Positions 9,885-19,670 are shown, counted from the first letter of the stretch. The stretch is 64,000 nt of DNA from an uncultured virus (IMG/VR IMGVR_UViG_3300021963_000095) (IMGVR_UViG_3300021963_000095); one strand, 5' to 3'. Numbers and translations are program-made. Notes: generated from the sequence alone by a model not told the origin.

Positions 9885-10631
9885 TTAATTTTTTCCTATT
9901 TTATGCCAAGACCCACCACCGTAGCGATTGAATCTGATTGCTTTTTTTAAGCCGTTATCTGAATTTTGTAAAATTATAACAGCACGATGATTTTTTCTAG
10001 CATAATCATAGAGTTCTTTATCACCTTCATTAGTCATATCAATATAATTTGACCAACGAGTATATTTCTTTTTACCTGCAATAAATTTAGAATACAAGTT
10101 ATTTGAAACATTAAAGACTTTTACTTTTCTTCTTAATAGTCCAGCACTTGCTTTTGGTTCCAAATCAACACCACCAGAACCAACTGCGTTTGCTGGAACA
10201 CCATTCTCAACTAAAAAATTAGATGGTGATAAAAATCCTAAATTGTTTATGTATAAACCAACATCTAACATCTCTTCAATAAGAATATCGTCATCTATCA
10301 TTAATTCTTCAATCTCATCTTCTAAAAATTCATCATCAAGCAAATCAGAATAATCAGAATGTTCTTTAATTAAATATAATGCTGTTGCAAAGGATGATAA
10401 TCTTTGTTTTGACTGAGGATAATATTTAGTTAATAATCTTTTTAATCTAAAAACTAATCTGTCTAATGCAGTATAAACAATCTGCTCGGCACTTGTTAAT
10501 GTATTAATATCTTTGAGTGGTTTACCTGTTGCATCTATTAAACCTGCCTTAAATGCAGGAGTATCCTCAAACTTCGTTGTAAGAAGTTTAAGGATTCTGA
10601 ATGTTAACAGTTGGTCAAACAGTCTACCCAT
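9885..10631 (-). CDS. hypothetical protein of T4-like phage type
   Basis: 248-aa ORF abutting its neighbours; AFKAGLID and PANAVGSG segments resemble T4-like phage hypotheticals. Confidence 0.65.
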   Translation of the reverse strand: MGRLFDQLLTFRILKLLTTKFEDTPAFKAGLIDATGKPLKDINTLTSAEQIVYTALDRLVFRLKRLLTKYYPQSKQRLSSFATALYLIKEHSDYSDLLDDEFLEDEIEELMIDDDILIEEMLDVGLYINNLGFLSPSNFLVENGVPANAVGSGGVDLEPKASAGLLRRKVKVFNVSNNLYSKFIAGKKKYTRWSNYIDMTNEGDKELYDYARKNHRAVIILQNSDNGLKKAIRFNRYGGGSWHKIGKN

Positions 10632-10632
10632 A

Positions 10633-10995
10633 TTAGATATTTCTTAAAGTTTTAATTGTTTCTACATGTAAAGGAATATTTTCATTGTCTTCTACACTCA
10701 TAAGATTCAAAAAGCAAAGAAATGTTTTTAACATCGGCCAGTGCTCCTTTTCTATCTTAAAGAATAGAATCTTTCTCAATGTTTCAGGTTTATAAACATT
10801 ACCTAAGACTACTAAATGATTTAAAATTAAACGCTCTTTGATTTCGCTTTTTTCTTCAAATCTTTTAAATAATCTTTTTAAATATTTTAACCTCTGTATA
10901 TCTTCATGAAACTCTTCTATATTTACACATTGCGGGTTTTCATAATTATGCATTGCGTAAAGAAGAAAGTTTCTCTCGTTCAATTCAAATTCCAT
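10633..10995 (-). CDS. conserved hypothetical protein of T4-like phages
   Basis: YAMHNYENPQC...EFHEDI...ERLILNH pattern. Confidence 0.7.
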   Translation of the reverse strand: MEFELNERNFLLYAMHNYENPQCVNIEEFHEDIQRLKYLKRLFKRFEEKSEIKERLILNHLVVLGNVYKPETLRKILFFKIEKEHWPMLKTFLCFLNLMSVEDNENIPLHVETIKTLRNI

Positions 10996-11004
10996 TTATT
11001 TCAA

Positions 11005-11451
11005 TTATGCAATTGCTACGCTATTTACAGATAGAATATTCCACTTACTGTTTGTCCAAATTAATGTTGCTGTATCACCAGCCGCATTGAATGTTAGTGT
11101 AGTAAAACCTGATGGTGTTGTTGGTGTTACTACTGTGTTTGCTGTTGCATTTGTTTGAACAAGAACTTTAACTTGACCTTCTTTTGTTGCGTCTGCCAAT
11201 GTTGCGGCAAGAGAAGCTGCTGGAGTGAAAAGAGTAATTGCTGTGGTCAAACTAACTGCACCACTTGCTGTCAATGTCTGTGGTGTTCCTTTTAATGATA
11301 AAACACCAGTTAATGCAACATCACCATCGATATTGTTAAACAAGTTTGCGAATGTTAATTTTTTATTTGTTCCGCCTTGAACAATGCTTAGTAAATCAGC
11401 GGCTGCGGCTGCCGTAGCGGCAACTAATTGTGATATTTTTTGGTCGGCCAT
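11005..11451 (-). CDS. probable virion structural protein
   Basis: ADQKISQL N-terminus, Ala/Thr-rich beta composition, AGGAG SD. Confidence 0.6.
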   Translation of the reverse strand: MADQKISQLVAATAAAAADLLSIVQGGTNKKLTFANLFNNIDGDVALTGVLSLKGTPQTLTASGAVSLTTAITLFTPAASLAATLADATKEGQVKVLVQTNATANTVVTPTTPSGFTTLTFNAAGDTATLIWTNSKWNILSVNSVAIA

Positions 11452-11523
11452 TTTTTTCTCCTATTTAAATTAACTAGATGTAATGTTATTATTATCTAAC
11501 ATCACCATTTCTAGGTCTGTCTA

Positions 11524-12069
11524 TTATTTAGTGTATCCCAAATTCTTTAATTTTCTAATTGTTGATAATGTATCTTTATGAAGAATACCAATCCCACCTG
11601 CTGTTTCCCATTCTAGAATGTTTTTCTTATAATCATCTATTAGCAAGTTGGGATATCCGTCATCAGTAACAGCATATTTCTTTTTATCTTGTCTTCTTAC
11701 AATATGAGTTTCACCAACAAAACGCAAATGTGTTCTTAACCACAAAATCTTTTCTACTTTACATGTAGGCATTCTGCGTGATGGTGTTGAAAGAATAGCA
11801 GGTTCAAAATCACGAATATATTTCCACAATAACATACCATCAGGCATGATTGGAAGATTTGCCCAAAAACCATTTACTTGTTTTAGTTTCTGCCACTTCT
11901 CTTCTTTCTCTCCTGGATATTCATTAAAAGGAACACCCAATATTTCTTGAGCACCCAACATAAAATTGACAAGAACTTGGTCCATGTCACAAAAAATCTT
12001 AGGCAATCTACCTTGCTCAATTTTCTGTTTATTTTGCAACTCTTCTAGAATGCTCTGCAATTGTGACAT
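11524..12069 (-). CDS. HAD-family 5'(3')-nucleotidase-like protein
   Basis: IFCDMDQVL motif I, LLIDDY motif, WETAGGIGILH. Confidence 0.8.
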   Translation of the reverse strand: MSQLQSILEELQNKQKIEQGRLPKIFCDMDQVLVNFMLGAQEILGVPFNEYPGEKEEKWQKLKQVNGFWANLPIMPDGMLLWKYIRDFEPAILSTPSRRMPTCKVEKILWLRTHLRFVGETHIVRRQDKKKYAVTDDGYPNLLIDDYKKNILEWETAGGIGILHKDTLSTIRKLKNLGYTK

Positions 12070-12078
12070 TATGTTTCC

Positions 12079-12324
12079 TTATTTGTTATTGGCGTCTGCT
12101 TTTTTCTTTACATCAGCAGGCGCTTTTCTTTGAACCTTTTCAGGTTTTTTAATTTCTGGTTTAGCATCAGACTTTGGTGGTGCTTTACACTCAATCTTGC
12201 CTTCATTTTTCTTTTGTGTGCAATCTACTTTAGGCGCAGGTTTTGTTTCTGCATATGCAACCTGATAACCAACAAAAGACCAAATGACAACATTAATTCC
12301 TACTAAAAACTTTTTAAGATTCAT
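12079..12324 (-). CDS. small exported Lys/Pro-rich protein
   Basis: Likely start MNLKKFL at 12324, just after the endolysin stop; signal peptide ending AYA; two Cys. Confidence 0.6.
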   Translation of the reverse strand: MNLKKFLVGINVVIWSFVGYQVAYAETKPAPKVDCTQKKNEGKIECKAPPKSDAKPEIKKPEKVQRKAPADVKKKADANNK

Positions 12325-12325
12325 T

Positions 12326-12958
12326 TTATGCTCCAAAAATATGAACAGCCTCGTTGTAATGCTTGATGCGGTCATCAAGTCCAATTGTTCCGCCATTGAT
12401 GCGCTTTGTCATACCGACAAAATCTCCTGCATCGGCGAAAGTATTTAAGTCATTTGAAAACCAGAACCAGCATGCTGAATGAACTGCACCTCTTGGTGTC
12501 TCAATATAACCAGGTGCTTCTTCAACAGCAATGCCAGCATATTGTGCAAAATTAGAATAGTTTTGTTTACCTGTTAATTGTAGCAAACCTCTACCGCAAT
12601 ATCTCCAACCGTCACCAGATTCAGTAGTTCCATTACCCATGCGATTTGCATAAACTACATTAGCAATTTTTTCTGGTTGTCTTGCATATTGATTGGCATC
12701 ACGACCAGCATTTGCAAAATACTTAGGAAAAATTTTATTTAAACCGTCTGCTGAATAGTTTAAATTTTCTGCCAATGCTCTATACCCACCTGATTCGTGC
12801 GCTGTCTGTGCAATAAAAGCGGCAACACGACCAACTGTAGTAATTTCAAAAACTGGTAGTAACTCAGTTAATTCGTTAAACCAAACATTGACGCCATAGG
12901 CGGCATTAGGAATAATTTTTGCTAGTTTTTCTTCTGTAAAATCGAATTCGAATGACAT
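12326..12958 (-). CDS. glycoside hydrolase family 19 endolysin
   Basis: AFIAQTAHESGG, ENLNYS, GRGLLQLTGKQNY, TKRINGG. Confidence 0.92.
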   Translation of the reverse strand: MSFEFDFTEEKLAKIIPNAAYGVNVWFNELTELLPVFEITTVGRVAAFIAQTAHESGGYRALAENLNYSADGLNKIFPKYFANAGRDANQYARQPEKIANVVYANRMGNGTTESGDGWRYCGRGLLQLTGKQNYSNFAQYAGIAVEEAPGYIETPRGAVHSACWFWFSNDLNTFADAGDFVGMTKRINGGTIGLDDRIKHYNEAVHIFGA

Positions 12959-13239
12959 TTATCTTCCTTTATTTTTAATTTTAATATGCCTTTACCTTTG
13001 ATAATTCTATGATAAACCATCGCAGGTATTTCGTATTCACAACCCTCTTGCATTACAAAAGGAAGTTCATTATCCATCTGCAATTGCCAACTGTCACACA
13101 CAATGACTTCGACAATTCTTTTTTCTCTGTCACGATGCCACACTAGTTCAGCATCATCCACATTATCAAAAAAGTTTCTTATCTTATAACCATCACCAAG
13201 TAACTCTTGATATGGTTTACCAATAGAAATTTCCGCCAC
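12922..13239 (-). CDS. small cupin-like protein
   Basis: WHRDRE and IPAMVYHRIIKG pattern. Confidence 0.55.
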   Translation of the reverse strand: MAEISIGKPYQELLGDGYKIRNFFDNVDDAELVWHRDREKRIVEVIVCDSWQLQMDNELPFVMQEGCEYEIPAMVYHRIIKGKGILKLKIKEDKCHSNSILQKKN

Positions 13240-13774
13240 CAGATAGTCCTAATGATTTAGCATAACGAGGTAAATTGCATGACCAATAGGCGGCACTTGT
13301 TCTATCTTTTTGTGTTGAACATTGGTGTCTCGCCGCAAAACTTTTTCTTGCTTCGGGGTCATTAAGTTTAACACTCAACCCTGTAGTATCACCAAAAGTA
13401 ACTTTCTTGACATTACCTGTTGATGGGTCTTTAACATAAACAAAAAACTTTTTAGGACCACCACGCTTTGGTTTACCTAACTCAATATCTTTTTCGTCTT
13501 CTTCTTCAATCATGGGGCAATCAAGAGGAACATGATGACCTTCATATTCTGCAATTTCACCAATATCTGTTTCTTCTAATAGATATGTATCTGTGCATTT
13601 TTCATTATAAGCGATTGCACCTTCATTATATAATGCTCTTGCGGTGCGCCATAATTTGAAATAATTTTCTGAACCTACTCTAAAAATACTTTCGTGTAGT
13701 GGTGCATTTTCCATATGCCATGCAATAGCATTTAGAATTGCCTCTTCGTATAGGTGGTCTTTAAATTTTTTCAT
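13217..13774 (-). CDS. hypothetical two-module protein, possibly head-packaged
   Basis: MKKFKDHLYEE N-terminus; C-terminal KKVTFG...RKSFAARHQC...AAYWSC module. Confidence 0.65.
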   Translation of the reverse strand: MKKFKDHLYEEAILNAIAWHMENAPLHESIFRVGSENYFKLWRTARALYNEGAIAYNEKCTDTYLLEETDIGEIAEYEGHHVPLDCPMIEEEDEKDIELGKPKRGGPKKFFVYVKDPSTGNVKKVTFGDTTGLSVKLNDPEARKSFAARHQCSTQKDRTSAAYWSCNLPRYAKSLGLSGGGNFYW

Positions 13775-14643
13775 TTTGGTTTATTTGCATTTCGAATTCT
13801 TTGTTGTTCCGCACTCTTAATCTTTGGTCTTAGTTTAGGAACCATACGATTAATAACTGGTCTTAATCTTTGAACAATCTTATCAACACGAACCTTTTCT
13901 CCTGGAGGCAATTTTGAATAGTCTCTAGTTTTTAAAATTCTTTTATGTATCAAACGAATTGCTTGGCGTCTTGCCTTCATGTCTAAACGCTGTGGTGTTG
14001 ATGTGCGCTTTAATTGCAACTTTCTGCGAGACTGAAGTTTAGACTTGTTGCGTCTTGCTTGCTGTGCCTTTCTCATTCTCGCTTGTGTGCTTAACACTTC
14101 GCTAATATCACCTTCTTCTTGTTCAAATTCTTCATCATCATAAAGGTCTTCGATATCTTCGAAATCATCAATTGCCTCAATCTCTGCTTCAAAATCAGTA
14201 TCGCTGATTGATAAAACATCTTTGATATCAATACCTGCATCTTTTACTAATTGTGCTAATTCAGAATCATCAGATAATTCTTCGTTTTCTTCACTAATGT
14301 TATCACCATCTAATTCTTCATCGATGTTAAAATCTTCTTTAACTTTCTTTGGGCGACCACGACCTGATTTTGCTTTAGGTTCATCTTCATCATCGTCTTT
14401 AACTTTTACTTGCCCCATGTTTTCAACTTTAGTTCCAGAAGAAGTAAAAATATATTTTCTTTTATAGCCTTCACCGTCAACAGTTACATATGATGCTTGT
14501 GAAGATGAATGCTTAACATCACTAACACGAATGCCAGATTTCTCTAATTTAGCAATCTTATCTTTCAATTCAAAATAACCAGGAACACTCTCTTCTAAAG
14601 ATGTTCTTGAAGTTTGCTCCATTAACTTTTTGAAATCAGACAT
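13771..14643 (-). CDS. hypothetical protein with acidic core and very basic C-terminal module
   Basis: 290-aa ORF; D/E-rich middle and R/K-rich tail after ISE. Confidence 0.65.
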   Translation of the reverse strand: MSDFKKLMEQTSRTSLEESVPGYFELKDKIAKLEKSGIRVSDVKHSSSQASYVTVDGEGYKRKYIFTSSGTKVENMGQVKVKDDDEDEPKAKSGRGRPKKVKEDFNIDEELDGDNISEENEELSDDSELAQLVKDAGIDIKDVLSISDTDFEAEIEAIDDFEDIEDLYDDEEFEQEEGDISEVLSTQARMRKAQQARRNKSKLQSRRKLQLKRTSTPQRLDMKARRQAIRLIHKRILKTRDYSKLPPGEKVRVDKIVQRLRPVINRMVPKLRPKIKSAEQQRIRNANKPK

Positions 14644-16676
14644 TACTCTTCTCCTTGATAGTCATCTTGCTCTTCATCTTCCATACCAAACATCATGTAA
14701 TCATAAATTGTGCTAATGCTTTCTTCTGCTCTTGTGATTTTGCTTGCTAACCAAGAAGGTAACTGTTGTCCTTTCATCTTGTTTAACTGTGAACACAATT
14801 CTTCTGCTTTTGCTTTGATTGATTCCATTTCATCATATGCCATACCTGAATCATCATACTCATCTTCTTCTCTTAACTTTGCTAAATCTTGACCATCAAC
14901 TTTACCATTCTTATTGAAGTCAATCTTTTTTTGTTTAGGTGTTAACTCTTCTTTTTTCGCTCTCAATTTTTCAAAATCTTTTTTATCAATATCAAGGTCA
15001 TTATCAACATCTAAATGTTTCTTTTGTTTATCTGTTAATTCTTCAGCAACAGATTTCCATCCACCACCTTCGCCTTTATACCACTTAGCAGCCCATCCAT
15101 TTGCATATGCAGAGGGATAAACATCAAATTTAGATTTTGCTAGTGCAATCGCTCTGGCCCAAAGTTTTGGATTTGTTGGAACATTTTTTTCATCAATCTG
15201 TTCGACTTCTTCATTTTTATCTTTACCTGCACAATGTGCTTTCTGACTAAATCCTTTTGGATTGTTACAATCAATGCTGTCTTTATATTTTTGTGACCAT
15301 TGTTCAAAAGTATTTAATTTTTTCATATCTTCTTCAACCTTTGCGTTAACATTTATTGGTTCACCCTTTCTCTCTGGATTTGGGTCTTCTTTTCTTTTTC
15401 TTCTTACTGCGCTAATCTTTTCTTTTTTAGAGAGAGATGCTCTCATTGAATTAGACATGCATTTTGGTTTTGGCTCACCAGGTTCTCTTGCACAGTCACC
15501 CACAACTTTACCTGAAGAGTTTACTCTTTTCCAACCACCTTCTGGATGTTTTGGGTCAAACCAATTACGCAAATCTTCTTTCATTGCTTGTTTGTTTGCT
15601 GTAGCATACATTACTTCTTTCCAACGGTCACCGTAACGCTTTTTGAAGTCTGCGATGCCGCCATCTTTTTTCATAGACTTGACAATTTCTTCACGCTTTT
15701 TCATTTCATCATCTGTCATTGGTCTTTCGTTGAGTTCATCGTCTGTCATTTCAACTTCCTCTTTTTGTAATTGTTTTAATTGACCACCCACAACACGATG
15801 CGTTGTTTTTCCTTGAACTCCATATCGACCAAAACCTTGATAAATTAATCCAAGTTTTTTTGCCTCTCTTGCGGCCTCTGAATCTTGAGGTTCTTGTGAG
15901 GCCTTTGCATCTTTAGTTGGTTCTTCACCACCATCTTTTGATTCTGGTTCTGTTGGTTCTGCTTTAGAAGTATCTTTTTTCTCTAACTCTTTTGCAATCC
16001 AATCAGATGCTTTTGTTGTTCCTGGTTTTGCAGATACAAATTTCTGCATACCTTTAAAAATACCTAACAGTTCATCTTCTTTTGCTTTAACTAATTCTGG
16101 TGGCGCTTTACGCAAGTCATCTGAATTATCATATTCAACATAATTGTCACCAAAAATTTTTGCAAATTCTGCTTTGGCTGCTTGCGCCGAATCCCATTTC
16201 TCTTTGCGAATGTCTTCTGGAACACTTCTGCCGCCTCGCTCACCTCGCTCAATATTTCTTTGCTTTGAAACTTCATCACGGGTATTCACCATAATCATAG
16301 AAGTGTCATAACCCAATTCTTCTAAACGCTCTTTAATTTTTTTAATCTTTGCGGGGTCATCACCAGTTCCGTTAACAATAATTCCTTTGCGACCTTGTAA
16401 TGCAAGTGTCTCACGCATTTTTGTAATGTTTTTTGCTTTAGCACGAACAACTTCACGCTCTGCTTTTTCACTATCGGGCATCTTCTTATCTAGATTATTT
16501 TTGTCCATCAAAAATTCTAATGCTGTATCTGAATTGATTTCTTGAAAACCTAACCCATCAACAGTTTTGTGAAGAACAAAGTCTTTACCTGAACCAGGAC
16601 CACCAGCAAAAAATACTGCCTTGAAAATTCCTTTATCGTAAACGCCTTCGTCTAATTGTTTTGAAATTTCGGTCAT
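14643..16676 (-). CDS. multi-module protein with N-terminal P-loop kinase (zeta-toxin/AAA_33-like)
   Basis: AGGPGSGKD Walker A, INSD, RNIERGERGGRSVP; followed by several short modules separated by Glu-rich linkers. Confidence 0.75.
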   Translation of the reverse strand: MTEISKQLDEGVYDKGIFKAVFFAGGPGSGKDFVLHKTVDGLGFQEINSDTALEFLMDKNNLDKKMPDSEKAEREVVRAKAKNITKMRETLALQGRKGIIVNGTGDDPAKIKKIKERLEELGYDTSMIMVNTRDEVSKQRNIERGERGGRSVPEDIRKEKWDSAQAAKAEFAKIFGDNYVEYDNSDDLRKAPPELVKAKEDELLGIFKGMQKFVSAKPGTTKASDWIAKELEKKDTSKAEPTEPESKDGGEEPTKDAKASQEPQDSEAAREAKKLGLIYQGFGRYGVQGKTTHRVVGGQLKQLQKEEVEMTDDELNERPMTDDEMKKREEIVKSMKKDGGIADFKKRYGDRWKEVMYATANKQAMKEDLRNWFDPKHPEGGWKRVNSSGKVVGDCAREPGEPKPKCMSNSMRASLSKKEKISAVRRKRKEDPNPERKGEPINVNAKVEEDMKKLNTFEQWSQKYKDSIDCNNPKGFSQKAHCAGKDKNEEVEQIDEKNVPTNPKLWARAIALAKSKFDVYPSAYANGWAAKWYKGEGGGWKSVAEELTDKQKKHLDVDNDLDIDKKDFEKLRAKKEELTPKQKKIDFNKNGKVDGQDLAKLREEDEYDDSGMAYDEMESIKAKAEELCSQLNKMKGQQLPSWLASKITRAEESISTIYDYMMFGMEDEEQDDYQGEE

Positions 16677-18391
16677 TCTTTGGACTCGTAAGTTACAGTT
16701 TGATTAGATGTTTTAAAATTTGCTTTACGCATGATTGTTTTCATTACAACTTCAAACTCATCATTCTTATAGTTTACGACAATAGGTAAATTCAAATTAT
16801 ATTGTAAATCTTTTAATACGCCTTCATTGCCTTTTAAACGCTTAACTTTATTGCCTTGTTCTCTAGCAATCTTTTTAAATAATTGTTGCAATTCATTAAC
16901 TTTAATACATGGCACATTGCGAGAATCTGTCATGCGCTCACTAAAATGTTTTGTGAATTCAATATCAATATCAAATCTATCAAGCAAGTTATCTGCAAAT
17001 TTTTCTAGGTCTTCAATTTGTTTTCTAGAAATGAACGCACAACGCTCTTCTTCTTCACCAAACAACTCTTTATAGCGATTGCGATTTTCTTTGATATGTC
17101 CATATTTCTTTTTATACCAATCGGGCATACCATTCTTTTTTCTCCAATAACGAACAGTTGCGGAATCGTTTGCTTGGTCACGATATTTATTTTCTGCATT
17201 TGTGTTATGACTTTTCATTGCCTCTGCCGCTTTGTGTGCGTCTTTAGCAATATACTCTAATTCAGCATCGGTCTTTTTGTGATACTCATGTCCTTCTAAG
17301 GGATGTCTTTGTGATGGGCGACCTTCATCTAGTTCTTCTACTTCTTCGCCTATGCTTTTCTTTAGTCCACGAATAGCAAAATCATGGTCTTTTAGATGTG
17401 CAGGACCTGCCCACTCACCAGAATGTTTTCTTAGAGAATCTCTTTCTTTAGTTAGATTTCTAATAATTTCTTTTACTTTATTGGCGCCATATTTCTTAAC
17501 AATATCACCATAGGTAGAACCACCTTTGATGTAGGTATCATAGACTGGAGTAGAACCTTCTTCAATTGATTCATCTTTCGCTTCAATTAAATCTGAGACC
17601 CATTTTTTATGGACCTTACCATTGAAGTCTTTTACTTTGACAAAATTTGTTCCTCTAGATACAACTTCATATTCAATATCTTCATAGATATCACGAACAG
17701 TATCTCCAGGATTTAAAATTTCACCACAAATAAATTTTTCTCTAATTTGTTCACTAGGAAAAATTAAATTTTCTTGTGATGCTAATTCAGTTAAATTTCC
17801 TTTAACTAGATTAAATATTTTTTTAGCGTCTGCATCGCTTAATGATGCAGGTGTATATTTTCTGAATGATGTGAAATCATCATTTCTTGCATACATACGC
17901 ATGTTGGTTCCAGATGCACCAGAGGCATCTTCAGAATCAGCATCACGGTCACCAGATGATACAACATCAAATTTAATATCATAGAAACCGTGTGTAGATT
18001 TTACACCGTTATACTTTTTAACAAGTGCTTTGAATTCTGAAATTCTGTCACTACCAGCAACCATTGTAATGTCACGATAACCTTTATCGTATAGATGACC
18101 AATGATTTGAAGTGTGCTAGGCATTGTGCGACTAGTCAATTCCACATTGTTCTTTGGAAATGCTTTACGCAAGAATTTTAATTTGTCGTTTGGATTTAGG
18201 GGATTCTTTTTATTGTCGTGCGAATGTGACGCAAAGACAACATGATGGTCTTTTGAAGAACCAATTGATGCGACTTTTTCAAAAAGTTTTTGATGACCAA
18301 TAGTTACGGGATTGAATCTGCCAAAAGCAAATACAACCGATTTGGATTTTTCTTCTTGAATCTGTGCTACAAAACTTTTAAAATTTTTCAT
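16673..18391 (-). CDS. multi-module protein with N-terminal cytidyltransferase-like (HIGH) nucleotidyltransferase
   Basis: FGRFNPVTIGH, KNPL, VAGSDR, ASGTNMR; additional C-terminal modules. Confidence 0.8.
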   Translation of the reverse strand: MKNFKSFVAQIQEEKSKSVVFAFGRFNPVTIGHQKLFEKVASIGSSKDHHVVFASHSHDNKKNPLNPNDKLKFLRKAFPKNNVELTSRTMPSTLQIIGHLYDKGYRDITMVAGSDRISEFKALVKKYNGVKSTHGFYDIKFDVVSSGDRDADSEDASGASGTNMRMYARNDDFTSFRKYTPASLSDADAKKIFNLVKGNLTELASQENLIFPSEQIREKFICGEILNPGDTVRDIYEDIEYEVVSRGTNFVKVKDFNGKVHKKWVSDLIEAKDESIEEGSTPVYDTYIKGGSTYGDIVKKYGANKVKEIIRNLTKERDSLRKHSGEWAGPAHLKDHDFAIRGLKKSIGEEVEELDEGRPSQRHPLEGHEYHKKTDAELEYIAKDAHKAAEAMKSHNTNAENKYRDQANDSATVRYWRKKNGMPDWYKKKYGHIKENRNRYKELFGEEEERCAFISRKQIEDLEKFADNLLDRFDIDIEFTKHFSERMTDSRNVPCIKVNELQQLFKKIAREQGNKVKRLKGNEGVLKDLQYNLNLPIVVNYKNDEFEVVMKTIMRKANFKTSNQTVTYESKE

Positions 18392-18416
18392 TTAATCTCC
18401 GTTATCCATTGGTTGC

Positions 18417-19649
18417 TTATCGTTGCCAACCTTTAATCACATCAGGCGAAAAGTTCGCATAACTAAATTCCATTCTATCAACTAGTTTGACGGCACCGCC
18501 AGTCAATTCATCGATAGCAACAAAACCCTCAACATTTGTAACTCTGAATCCATTCTTCGTTTTCAAGAATGTCGGGATATGACCTGCCAAGTTCATTTTA
18601 TTAATAATCACTTGTTTTGCATTTGCCAACATGTTCATAAGGTCGAACACTTTAGCAATGTCACTTTGACTGTGCTTTGTGAAGTAAGTTAGAACCTCAT
18701 CACGCTCTTGCGTTTTTGAAGTCTTACCTTTTTCACTTTTCAACTTGTCAATTTCAGATTGAAACTTGTCATGAATATAATGAAACAAACCTGTTGTGTG
18801 AGACTTAGTATTGGTAATTGTTTTACCTGCTTTGATGATAGAATTGTTATATTCTTTCACCAATGCTTTTAGTCTCTCATTATCTCTTATGTTATTTATA
18901 ACATCGGCAGGCACAGACTGAAAAATACGACCAATTTCTGACAAACTTGATGTAATTTCGTCTGTTTCTGCTTTTGTGAATGTTGCGGTTCCTGAGACAT
19001 TCTGATATGTGGCATCACACATCCAGATGCTAGAAACTGAATTGAATTTTGAAACAATAGACTGTCCAAATGATGCTGACATTGTTTCAAAGGTGCTTCC
19101 TTCATAGACTGTATGCCAAACAACACCGATTTTTGCACTTTGAATTTTCTTTGCAAGAGGGGTATCTGCTGGAATAGCATAGACAATTGTGTTTGGATGA
19201 AAGGTGATGTATTTTTGACCATCGATAGTTTCGATTTTTTTGTCGTTGGTAAACATCAAATCACCTTGATAGACACCGGATTTGATGCCTAGTTTTTTGA
19301 ATTCTGATAGTGCTACTTTAAACTTGGCATTCAAATCGCCAGAAGTGTCGGCATCAATGTCTGCATTAGTTTTGTATACTTTAGGATTTTTATTGAATAC
19401 GCCTTTTTTGGCGATAAAGAATTTGCCATCTGTAGGGTCAATGCCTGCAAAAATCGCAGGAGCGCCATCCCATTTTACAGTAGATACAATTTTTGATTTT
19501 GAATGACCTGCAAGCATGTCTCGCAAATCACGCAAAAAATTGATTGCTTTGCGAGTTCCTTCAACACCATTATTGAAGATTTCATCTTCCACATGTTCCA
19601 TGTGGGTGTTCTTCTGTTCTTTGATGTAGGTTTTAAGTGTCTGTATCAT
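18417..19649 (-). CDS. RNA/DNA ligase-like nucleotidyltransferase (DUF6267-like)
   Basis: TVKWDGAP (KxDG), QGDLMF, EGFVA, VKLVDR ligase motifs. Confidence 0.7.
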   Translation of the reverse strand: MIQTLKTYIKEQKNTHMEHVEDEIFNNGVEGTRKAINFLRDLRDMLAGHSKSKIVSTVKWDGAPAIFAGIDPTDGKFFIAKKGVFNKNPKVYKTNADIDADTSGDLNAKFKVALSEFKKLGIKSGVYQGDLMFTNDKKIETIDGQKYITFHPNTIVYAIPADTPLAKKIQSAKIGVVWHTVYEGSTFETMSASFGQSIVSKFNSVSSIWMCDATYQNVSGTATFTKAETDEITSSLSEIGRIFQSVPADVINNIRDNERLKALVKEYNNSIIKAGKTITNTKSHTTGLFHYIHDKFQSEIDKLKSEKGKTSKTQERDEVLTYFTKHSQSDIAKVFDLMNMLANAKQVIINKMNLAGHIPTFLKTKNGFRVTNVEGFVAIDELTGGAVKLVDRMEFSYANFSPDVIKGWQR

Positions 19650-19670
19650 GGTCTTCTACGCTATAGGTTA

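Noticed and set aside
14643..16676. Zeta toxin-antitoxin module
   Set aside because: Only the P-loop kinase fold is supported; there is no recognisable epsilon-like antitoxin and the domain heads a multi-module protein.
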